Of a DNA stretch of 64,000 nt, positions 56,970-64,000 are shown piece by piece (within the stretch, counting starts at the first letter, position 1; each line of letters starts with the position of its first letter). Both the position numbers and the translations under genes were made by a program. The stretch spans positions 10,341 through 74,340 of the forward strand of contig DUET01000087.1 in the NCBI GenBank assembly GCA_011192015.1, read 5' to 3'. The notes under the pieces were generated by a model. It did not search any database, was not told the origin of the DNA, and saw nothing but the letters and a program-made list of their open reading frames with translations. The DNA is from Anaerolineae bacterium. GTDB taxonomy: Bacteria > Chloroflexota > Anaerolineae > Anaerolineales > E44-bin32.

Positions 56970-57617
56970 TCAGTCGTTGAAATACTCGCTCTCCAGATTC
57001 ATCAAATCGTTGGCGAGGATCTCGAGATCCCCCATTGCAGCAAATTCGTTCGTATCGATTTCAGAGATCACCTGCTGCAATCGGAAGCGCGCTCCTGCAA
57101 CCGTATTGGCATACTCATCTTCCAGGTCTTTTTGCAGCGTCGACAATCGCTCATCAGTATCTACCAGTGCGATTCTTGCGGCTGCTGGATTGTTCATGGC
57201 TAGAGCAAGTTTCGCTGCATCTACATCGGATAAAATCCTCAAGAGGCTCAAGTGTAGTTCAGCATCCTTGAGTTCCGCTTCCAGCGATGCATGGCTCTCC
57301 TCGAGCGCCTCCATATCGCTCACGCGTTCCTCAAGTTCCTCAATATAAGCATTGGCAGCTGTCAGATCCGAGCGTACATCACGCAAATCTCGTACCAGCG
57401 GTCGCACACGCACTATCCACGTCAACACCACGCCGAAAGCGAAGAGCAATCCGATACCCGCTGCCCATCGCAACACCTTCTTGAAGAACAGCCCCAACTT
57501 GCTTGGTTCTTTGGGGGCTTCAACCTCCACCGCCGGTGGGGTTGCATCGACGTGGACTTCCTCCACGGAAGGTTCTTCCATGCTCATGTCTTTTCTCCAT
57601 TGGGCACGCTCATCCAT
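56970..57617 (-). CDS. Single-pass membrane protein with coiled-coil ectodomain (hypothetical)
   Basis: TM helix WAAGIGLLFAFGVVLTWIV is followed by heptad-like E/L/A-rich sequence (IEELEERVSDMEALEESHASLEAELKDAELHL). Confidence 0.55.
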   Translation of the reverse strand: MDERAQWRKDMSMEEPSVEEVHVDATPPAVEVEAPKEPSKLGLFFKKVLRWAAGIGLLFAFGVVLTWIVRVRPLVRDLRDVRSDLTAANAYIEELEERVSDMEALEESHASLEAELKDAELHLSLLRILSDVDAAKLALAMNNPAAARIALVDTDERLSTLQKDLEDEYANTVAGARFRLQQVISEIDTNEFAAMGDLEILANDLMNLESEYFND

Positions 57618-57737
57618 TCCCCTGGGGTGCCGCTGATTTTCAGCATGAATATCTCCGCACAGTTGGAGAATGTGTGTATTGTGCCGTCTCCATCCTCATT
57701 GGTCAAGATCGATCATGAAAACCGATCTGCCCATCGT

Positions 57738-58445
57738 CTACAAGTCCCAAAGGTTATCGGGGGAATCGATGACATAGGCCCGCGGACGACGGGCAAAGAT
57801 TCGCACGAGCAGAAGGCCGAAGACGAAACCGCCTATGTGTGCCCACCAGGCTATGCCTCCAAAGGGCATCATGGCCCCAATGCTCAACAAACCCGACGAG
57901 ATTTGGGAGAGGAACCAGACACCCAGGTAGATAACGGCCGGGATCTCGACAAACCAAGGAAGGATGAAAAGGGGGATCAATGTCACCACGCGAGCGCGAG
58001 GGAAGAGAAGCATGTAGGCTCCGAGCACTCCGGCGATAGCCCCACTGGCGCCCACTGTGGGTAGGCTCGAGTTGGAGGTGAACACAACGTGTGTCAACCC
58101 GGCAGCGAAACCCGAGGCAAGGTAGAAGACCAAGTAGCGCAGCGAGCCCATCCTGTCTTCCACGTTGTCCCCAAAAATATAGAGGATCCACATGTTGCTG
58201 ATCAAATGGAACCAGCCACCATGTAGAAACATGGAAGTGAAAATGGGGATGTAGGCAATCGGATTGAGAAACGAGAATTCAGAAGGGACCAAGCTGAACT
58301 GCGCCAGAAAACGTGCTAAGGCCACCTCGCCGAAACCGAACTCGATCGCCTGCTCAAGCAAGAAGACCAAAACACTGGCGGCGATCAAGATCCAATTCAC
58401 GATTGGAAAGGAACGGGAACGGATGCTATCTCGCAGTGGGAACAT
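57738..58445 (-). CDS. Rhomboid-family intramembrane serine protease
   Basis: Six TM segments. HGGWFHLISNMW (H-x4-N), catalytic GASGAIAGVLGAY (GxSG) and WWAHIGGFVFG (His). Confidence 0.85.
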   Translation of the reverse strand: MFPLRDSIRSRSFPIVNWILIAASVLVFLLEQAIEFGFGEVALARFLAQFSLVPSEFSFLNPIAYIPIFTSMFLHGGWFHLISNMWILYIFGDNVEDRMGSLRYLVFYLASGFAAGLTHVVFTSNSSLPTVGASGAIAGVLGAYMLLFPRARVVTLIPLFILPWFVEIPAVIYLGVWFLSQISSGLLSIGAMMPFGGIAWWAHIGGFVFGLLLVRIFARRPRAYVIDSPDNLWDL

Positions 58446-58488
58446 CTGTCACCGGTCACCCTCTCTGAAACTCAGTCAAGAGGAACAA

Positions 58489-58506
58489 GGGCGGCTTTCG
58501 CCGCCC
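58489..58506 (-). terminator. Hairpin terminator after hsp20
   Basis: GGGCGGC-TTTC-GCCGCCC, a 7-bp GC stem 25 nt downstream of the hsp20 stop. TTGTTCCTCTTG follows on the minus strand. Confidence 0.5.
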
Positions 58507-58530
58507 ATTGTACCTCAGGCTCATGTTTGG

Positions 58531-58929
58531 TTATTTCGCCTTGACTTCGATCAACCGCGGGCGTGCTTCCTCAGCCTTGGGGATCCGAACCGTCAAGATA
58601 CCGTTCTCCACCTTGGCTTCCGTTCCCTCAGCTTCAACAGCATCGGGGAGACGCAGACTGCGTTCAAACTTCCCAGACTTTCGTTCACGCAGGAGGAATT
58701 TACCTGTCCCATTCGGCGATTCAGGAACTTCGCCTCGCAGAGTAAGAACATCGTCCAGGATCTCAACCGTGATACTCTCGGCTTCCAATCCCGGCACTGC
58801 TGCCGTGATCACGAAGGCTTCATCATCGGTATGCACATCAATTCCCAACCGGAACTGATCTTCACTGCGCTCGATGTACCCGTAGCGTCGGCGTAAACCT
58901 CGCGGCGTCCGAACATACATTCTCATCAT
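58531..58929 (-). CDS. Hsp20/alpha-crystallin small heat-shock protein
   Basis: DVHTDDEAFVITAAVPGLEAESITVEILDDVLTLRGE...FERSLRLPDAVEAEGTEAKVENGILTVRIPK is the canonical alpha-crystallin domain. Confidence 0.9.
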   Translation of the reverse strand: MMRMYVRTPRGLRRRYGYIERSEDQFRLGIDVHTDDEAFVITAAVPGLEAESITVEILDDVLTLRGEVPESPNGTGKFLLRERKSGKFERSLRLPDAVEAEGTEAKVENGILTVRIPKAEEARPRLIEVKAK

Positions 58930-58997
58930 CTTAGTACCTCCGTTTTGATTGATGAGTTCATATCCTGACTAGAAATTAGATCGCAAACATCAGAACC

Positions 58998-61496
58998 ATG
59001 ATAGCGATAGATTGGAGAAGCGTTAACTCATTCATCAGACAAACCGAAAAACCTACGCAGGCACCTTTCCCACACGTCCATGCTCCACTACAATCCATCC
59101 AGATCGAGACAGGAGATGAAAGCGTGCAGGCAGCGAAGCTCGATCGCCGCACGATCGCGGGCTTGATCCTCATTTCAGCCAGCATGTTGGCCTACGAGAT
59201 CAGTCTCACTCGCCTTTTCGCCGTGCAGCAGTTCTACCATTTCGTCTTTGTCGTCGTGAGTCTGGCGGTATTGGCAATCGCCGCCAGCGGCACTTTGCTG
59301 GCGCTCAAGCCGACACGCGCTCCTTTGGCCCTTCTCGCCTTCGTCTACGCCATCTCGATGGTGGCGAGCTACCTCACGATCAACTTCCTGCCCTTCGATT
59401 CCTACAGCATCGCTTGGGACCCCAAACAAATCGGTATTCTGTTGTTGTATTTTCTGGCCGCGGGTACGCCCTTTCTCTTCGCAGGCTGGGTCATCGGAGC
59501 TTGTCTTTCCGCTGCGGGTGATGAAGCTCACCTTCCATATGCCGCCAACCTGGGTGGATCTGCGCTGGGCTGCGTGTTGGCCTTGATCGTACTCATGGCT
59601 TTTGGTGGTGAGGGAGCCCTGGCCTTCTCCGCATGCTTGGGATTTCTTGCGGCGTCCATCTTCCCTTCGAAGCCCATGGTTCGCATTCCCTGCTTGCTTC
59701 TAACAGCATTGGGGCTGGTGTGTGTGGTTCGATTTCCCAGCGGATTGACCATGCGGCTATCCCCCTACAAGCCTTTGGCTGTATCGCAACTGCTGCCCGA
59801 TGCTGAAACCACCATCACCCATTGGAGTGCTTCTTCTCGGCTGGATGCCATCGAAAGCCGATCCATCCATGTCTTTCCGGGTTTGAGCCTCAACGCCGTC
59901 GTAACCCTGCCACAGCAGACAGCGCTTTTCATCGATGGGGAGGGACCCTTCCCAATCAGCAACCTGGATCCACAGGATGAAACAGCCAGTTTATTGGCGT
60001 CATACATGCCTTCTGGATTGGCCTACATCCTTCGTCCCGAGAGCCACGCGTTGATCCTGCAGCCTGGGGCCGGTTTGGAGGCCATCCTGGCGTTGGCTTC
60101 GGGAGCCAAGCATGTGACGGTGAGTGATCCGGAACCTTTGATCACCGAAACCCTTGCAGGTTTCTATGCCGGTTTCAGCCACGACCTGATCAAGGAGCCT
60201 CGGTTGGAAGTTGTTCCACGCTCAGATCGCGGGACGCTCCACGTTGCTTCCGGATCCTACGACGTGATCGTGTTCGCGCTCAGCGACCCCTATCGGCCAG
60301 TCACATCCGGAGCCTTCAGCCTGGGGGAAGATTTCACGTTGACAGTGGAGGCATTCCAGAATGCCTATGCTCTTGCTGGAAATGATGGTCTTCTCGTTAT
60401 CACTCGCTGGTTGGGCACTCCGCCCAGCGAGTCGGCTCGCGCCTGGGCCACATTGTTGGCAGCGATGGAGATACAGGGCGTGGTCGATCCGGGAAAGAAT
60501 CTGATCGCGTACCGCGGCATGCGCACGGCTACGATGATCGCCTCCCATCGTCCCTTCACCTCGGACGAGCTGCAGGCCACGCGCCGCTTCCTGATCTCAA
60601 ATGCCTTCGATCCGATCCACCTTCCCGATCTGGATCCCTCTGAACTCAATCGATTCAACCGCCTGCCAAGCGATACATACTACGAACTCTTCCAATCCAT
60701 ACTCATCGATCGATCCGCTACCATTTCTGCATACAACTTCAATCTGGAACCTCCCCGCGATGATCAACCGTTCTTCTTTCATTATTTTCGCTGGCGTCAA
60801 ACTCCCGAGATCTTGGCCACGCTGGGTCTCACTTGGCAGCCGTTCGGGGGCAGCGGTTACTTCGTTTTGCTCGCCTTGCTGGCTCTCATGCTCCTGCTGG
60901 CACTTCCGCTGATCGTCGCGCCCTGGCTCGTGATCCGACGCCGCCGCTCATCACAGCGAGCGACAAGGACTTCAATCGGCTACTTCGCCTTCCTGGGCGC
61001 TGGCTATCTGCTTGTTGAAATCCCGCTCATCTCACGGCTCACGCTGCTGCTCGATCGCCCAGCGCTCTCCTTGGCCGTTGTGCTCTTCACCCTCCTGCTG
61101 GCTTCCGGTGTGGGAAGCCTGCTCTCACCCCGCCTGCCGCTGCGTAAAATGCTCCTTGCGCTCGTGGCCGCTGTGCTCCTCAGCACGCTTTTGCTTCCGC
61201 TTGCAACGAAAACCAGCTTCTCCTGGAATCTCTGGTTGCGCCTGCTGCTCGCAGCCGTTTTCCTGAGCCCTATGGGATTGCTCATGGGCATTCCCTTCGC
61301 GGCCGGATTGCAGCGCCTGGAACGCCACATGCCCGGGATGATCCCTTGGGCTTGGTCGATCAACGGCGCGATTTCGGGGATATCGGGAGTCATGGCGGTC
61401 ATGGTGGCGCTGGATTGGGGACACTCGGCGACGCTTCTGCTTGGAGCCGCGGCCTATCTGGGCGCCTGGGCGACCGTTCCGCGAATCGACAAATGA
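58998..61496 (+). CDS. Large polytopic membrane protein with central spermidine-synthase-like (SAM MTase-fold) domain
   Basis: About 7 N-terminal TM helices (MLAYEISLTRLFAV...). The central soluble domain has ALILQPGAGLEAILALASGAKHVTVSDPEP and YDVIVFALSDPY (aminopropyltransferase-like). More TM helices follow at the C-terminus. The start is uncertain. Confidence 0.65.
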   Translation: MIAIDWRSVNSFIRQTEKPTQAPFPHVHAPLQSIQIETGDESVQAAKLDRRTIAGLILISASMLAYEISLTRLFAVQQFYHFVFVVVSLAVLAIAASGTLLALKPTRAPLALLAFVYAISMVASYLTINFLPFDSYSIAWDPKQIGILLLYFLAAGTPFLFAGWVIGACLSAAGDEAHLPYAANLGGSALGCVLALIVLMAFGGEGALAFSACLGFLAASIFPSKPMVRIPCLLLTALGLVCVVRFPSGLTMRLSPYKPLAVSQLLPDAETTITHWSASSRLDAIESRSIHVFPGLSLNAVVTLPQQTALFIDGEGPFPISNLDPQDETASLLASYMPSGLAYILRPESHALILQPGAGLEAILALASGAKHVTVSDPEPLITETLAGFYAGFSHDLIKEPRLEVVPRSDRGTLHVASGSYDVIVFALSDPYRPVTSGAFSLGEDFTLTVEAFQNAYALAGNDGLLVITRWLGTPPSESARAWATLLAAMEIQGVVDPGKNLIAYRGMRTATMIASHRPFTSDELQATRRFLISNAFDPIHLPDLDPSELNRFNRLPSDTYYELFQSILIDRSATISAYNFNLEPPRDDQPFFFHYFRWRQTPEILATLGLTWQPFGGSGYFVLLALLALMLLLALPLIVAPWLVIRRRRSSQRATRTSIGYFAFLGAGYLLVEIPLISRLTLLLDRPALSLAVVLFTLLLASGVGSLLSPRLPLRKMLLALVAAVLLSTLLLPLATKTSFSWNLWLRLLLAAVFLSPMGLLMGIPFAAGLQRLERHMPGMIPWAWSINGAISGISGVMAVMVALDWGHSATLLLGAAAYLGAWATVPRIDK

Positions 61497-61498
61497 AA

Positions 61499-61524
61499 AC
61501 TGCCTCCATGTTCTGCGAGGCAGT
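61499..61524. terminator. Hairpin between convergent membrane-protein and pcm genes
   Basis: 8-bp stem ACTGCCTC / GAGGCAGT with a 10-nt loop. TTTCATTTGTC follows on the minus strand. Confidence 0.4.
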
Positions 61525-61558
61525 CAATCGATCATGGGGATAGCAGCGCGAGATCGTT

Positions 61559-62323
61559 TCAGGGCGATCCGCTGTCCCTGGTGAAAGGCACAAACGACAC
61601 ACCCCCCAGGCTGGTGGTCTGAACGGTCGTCTCCCCAGTGCGCAGAATACGCCAGAGCTCCTGATAGCCTCCAACAGGGCCAACTGGAATCACCATCACT
61701 GCTCCCACTTTGAGTTGCTCAAGCAAAGGCTGCGGCACATGATCCGGTGCTGCGGTAACGATGATGGCGTCGAAAGGAGCCATCTCAGGCCATCCATAGT
61801 AGCCATCAGCATGGCGTACTTGTACCCCGTCATACCCCAATCTCGGCAAGCGCTCGGTTGCCTGCTGCGCCAGAGGTTCGATGATTTCGATCGTGTAGAC
61901 TTCCAACCCAAGCTCGGCCAGCACCGCTGCTTGATACCCCGATCCTGTTCCGATCTCCAGCACACGATCTCCAGCCTCCACATTCAACTCCTGGGTCATG
62001 AGTGCAACAATGTAGGGTTGAGAGATCGTCTGCCCATAGCCAATGGGGAGAGGGTGATTCTCATACGCCATGCTCAAGTACCCGACGGGAACGAACTCGT
62101 GTCTGGGAACAGTTTCCATCGCCTCGAGCACCGCTGGATCTTCGACACCCCAGGCAAGCACCCCGGTTTCAACCATGAGCCGTCGCTGCTCGGTAAAATC
62201 CAACTCATGAAATTCGGGCGCTGTAAAAGCCAATGGGGGAGTGGGTGTGAATGGAGGGGCAGCATCAGGCGTGCATGCCACAAGAAGAACGCAGATCATG
62301 AGAACCGCACGTGAGCATCGCAT
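61559..62323 (-). CDS. pcm: Protein-L-isoaspartate O-methyltransferase with lipoprotein-type signal peptide
   Basis: VPRHEFVP, GQTISQPYIVALM, VLEIGTGSGYQAAVLA are Pcm motifs. The N-terminus MRCSRAVLMICVLLVAC has a lipobox. Confidence 0.85.
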   Translation of the reverse strand: MRCSRAVLMICVLLVACTPDAAPPFTPTPPLAFTAPEFHELDFTEQRRLMVETGVLAWGVEDPAVLEAMETVPRHEFVPVGYLSMAYENHPLPIGYGQTISQPYIVALMTQELNVEAGDRVLEIGTGSGYQAAVLAELGLEVYTIEIIEPLAQQATERLPRLGYDGVQVRHADGYYGWPEMAPFDAIIVTAAPDHVPQPLLEQLKVGAVMVIPVGPVGGYQELWRILRTGETTVQTTSLGGVSFVPFTRDSGSP

Positions 62324-62614
62324 GTTCCCTCCTCCCTCCTCGCCTCATGAAGGCTCCCAACAGTCAATGGGGCCCAAAGGACATGTAAGGATCAGCATGT
62401 CGCTCCAATCTACCATACCACGGCTTCCATTCATTCGCTCCTCCGTTGAACATCACTTCCTCTGGCGGGAGATTGGGACTCACCCAGGCAGGATCATGCC
62501 TATTTGGGTACAATCTCATGGAAACCGCCGCTCAAGTGTATGGCACATGGTGAATCCACACGACCTTGCTCGATCGCCACCCCTCCATCCAACGAAGTCG
62601 TGGGCAAAGCATCC

Positions 62615-63067
62615 ATGAAGATAGATCCCGCTTCTGCGTCAAGCAGTACTTCTCCATCCATTGTGTTCTACGACGGCAATTGTGGTATCTGCCAATCCTT
62701 CGCCTCGTGGCTCATGGGCTTGGATCAGACCCGAAGATTGAGTCTTGTTGCCTATCAGCAAATTGCCCCTTCCGAGCTCCCTGCGGCTCTCACGCCACAA
62801 ATGACACAGCAAGCCATGCATCTGCTCGATTCCCAGGGGAATCTCTATCGTGGAGCGCGTGCGGTTTTCGAGGCCATGCGTTCATTACCCGGCTTTTGGG
62901 GCTGTCTGGGTGCTGTATTTTCGAATCGCCTGACGAGCACCATCGCTGAACCCTTCTACCGCCTCGTTGCCAACCATCGCACAACCATCTCTCGCCTGCT
63001 GGGTTTGCATGTCTGCGAACCCGCTCCTACTACATTGCGAAGACCTGACTCTTGGGATCACGAGTAA
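62615..63067 (+). CDS. DCC-family thiol-disulfide oxidoreductase (DUF393)
   Basis: ORF 62504-63067; preferred ATG 62615. IVFYDGNCGICQSFASWL carries the DxxCxxC motif. Confidence 0.75.
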   Translation: MKIDPASASSSTSPSIVFYDGNCGICQSFASWLMGLDQTRRLSLVAYQQIAPSELPAALTPQMTQQAMHLLDSQGNLYRGARAVFEAMRSLPGFWGCLGAVFSNRLTSTIAEPFYRLVANHRTTISRLLGLHVCEPAPTTLRRPDSWDHE

Positions 63068-63131
63068 TTCCCGGAGAGTATAGGATAAAGTGCTGTCCCT
63101 GATGCCTGCCTGAGCGACCCCTTGTAGAACG

Positions 63132-63158
63132 TAAAACGGGGCGGGAAATTCCGCCCCG
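63132..63158 (-). terminator. Rho-independent terminator after the FHA gene
   Basis: 8-bp GC stem CGGGGCGG (63137-63144) / CCGCCCCG (63151-63158). TTTTAC follows on the minus strand. It lies 26 nt downstream of the stop at 63184. Confidence 0.7.
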
Positions 63159-63183
63159 AAAGCCAATCCCCTAGCCAATTGGA

Positions 63184-63777
63184 CTACTGCAAATCAAGCA
63201 ATCGCATCAAGACATCCAGGGGTGCGTAAAGGATCTCGTGATAGTTCGCATCCAGGAACCAAAAAAGGACTCCGCAAACCACGATCAAGATCGCAGCACC
63301 GATCCCAATGAGCCACCACTTACGATCTCTTTGTTCCTCCTTTGGCTCCGCGGGTGTTACAACTTCGAATTCCTCCCCCACGGCGGCGGCTTCAACCCCT
63401 GAAGGTTCAACGGCAGCGGCAAATTCATCCACTACTTCCGGCTCAACGCCAAGCATCGCATCGCTTGCTTCCGATGCCTCTTCAAAGGCGATGATCAATT
63501 TCTGGCTCAGGCCGATCTGATCCCCCACAAGAAGCAAACGTGGTTCCGTCAGTTGTTCTCCATTGACGAAGGTGCCGTTCGTGGAGTCAAGGTCCTCAAG
63601 CACATATCCTCTAGGTGTGAGACTCAAGCGTGAATGCATGCGGGAAACTTCGGGATCCGGGAAGATGATGTCATTCGATACGTCCCTTCCCAAGACCACG
63701 GACTCCTTATCGAGTTTAAAGACCCTCCCCTCATACGGTCCCGTTCGAACGGTCAGAACAAACTCACCTGAGGACAT
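63184..63777 (-). CDS. FHA-domain protein with C-terminal TM anchor
   Basis: ORF 63184-63798; preferred start MSSGEFVLTV. FHA hallmarks VVLGRD...VSRMHSRL...LEDLDSTNGTFVNG. C-terminal TM helix WWLIGIGAAILIVVCGVLFWFL. Confidence 0.8.
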   Translation of the reverse strand: MSSGEFVLTVRTGPYEGRVFKLDKESVVLGRDVSNDIIFPDPEVSRMHSRLSLTPRGYVLEDLDSTNGTFVNGEQLTEPRLLLVGDQIGLSQKLIIAFEEASEASDAMLGVEPEVVDEFAAAVEPSGVEAAAVGEEFEVVTPAEPKEEQRDRKWWLIGIGAAILIVVCGVLFWFLDANYHEILYAPLDVLMRLLDLQ

Positions 63778-63835
63778 TGGCTTTCCTCCCCATTGCATTC
63801 ATCCAATGCGAGTGTACTGGTATGAGGGCCATGAG

Positions 63836-64000
63836 TCAATTGCTCTTCTTGGGAACCTCCCGAACGTTGATACGCAGGCCATTGACGCTCATAATTTCCA
63901 CCCGCGTTCCTTCATGAATCTCCCGCCCATCATCTTCAGACTCAGCGGACCACAGTTCTCCCCCCACCAGAACCGAACCCATGGGATCCAAGGTTTTTCT
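63836..64000 (-). CDS. NfeD-family protein, C-terminal OB domain only (5' part outside window)
   Basis: My reverse translation gives ...GSVLVGGELWSAESEDDGREIHEGTRVEIMSVNGLRINVREVPKKSN-stop, the NfeD C-terminal pattern (G.V.v.Ge.W.A......i..G..V.v..v.GL.l.V). Not in the ORF track because it is truncated. Confidence 0.6.
   Translation of the reverse strand, partial: RKTLDPMGSVLVGGELWSAESEDDGREIHEGTRVEIMSVNGLRINVREVPKKSN

Noticed and set aside
1-64000. tRNA, rRNA, tmRNA, RNase P, SRP RNA, IS elements, integrases, prophage genes
   Set aside because: I scanned the gaps of at least 85 bp that I listed (19 in all) by eye for T-loop (GGTTCGAATCC-like), RNase P (GGAAAGTCCGG) and SRP motifs, and all ORFs for transposase/integrase signatures. 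None were found. A covariance-model scan would be needed to exclude small RNAs.

Overview
This is a 64-kb chromosomal window, mostly housekeeping, from a moderately GC-rich bacterium. The gene content (SpoVS, YacL-like PIN/TRAM protein, ClpC, many lipoproteins with T/P/S linkers) fits a Chloroflexota-like lineage, but that is inference only. I call about 53 protein genes. I saw no rRNA, tRNA, CRISPR array, transposase or integrase. Main blocks: (1) cysS (runs off the window, absent from the ORF track), yacL-like gene and a secreted S1 protease. (2) An NAD-linked formate dehydrogenase locus: NuoE-like, NuoF-like, FdhA with an in-frame UGA read as selenocysteine, a second fused NuoE-NuoF paralog, an XRE-cupin regulator, FdhD and a DUF1786-like protein. 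(3) A class-A PBP homolog whose catalytic motifs look degenerate. (4) A near-gapless plus-strand string: tdh, two paralogous lipoproteins, a motif-permuted amino-methyltransferase, a translationally coupled unknown 324-aa protein, and two deoxynucleoside kinases. (5) A replication neighbourhood (holB, holA, priA, dnaA with a candidate oriC, radA), followed by clpC and rpsA, whose S1 protein carries a long acidic repeat tail. (6) A ChlI-like AAA+ / VWA pair separated by an A10 tract. (7) A stress/proteostasis cluster: Asp-less REC-GAF, REC-GAF-PAS-HK, CbpA/DnaJ, HtrA, an eRF1-like protein with Zn ribbon, rhomboid and Hsp20. The best candidates for something undescribed are the methyltransferase plus coupled unknown ORF (24477-26287), the A10 junction that could fuse ChlI-like and VWA modules by -1 slippage (47516-47611), the apparently catalytically dead PBP1A homolog, and the eRF1-like/Zn-ribbon gene inside the proteostasis cluster. 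All family calls come from motifs read by eye; no searches were run.
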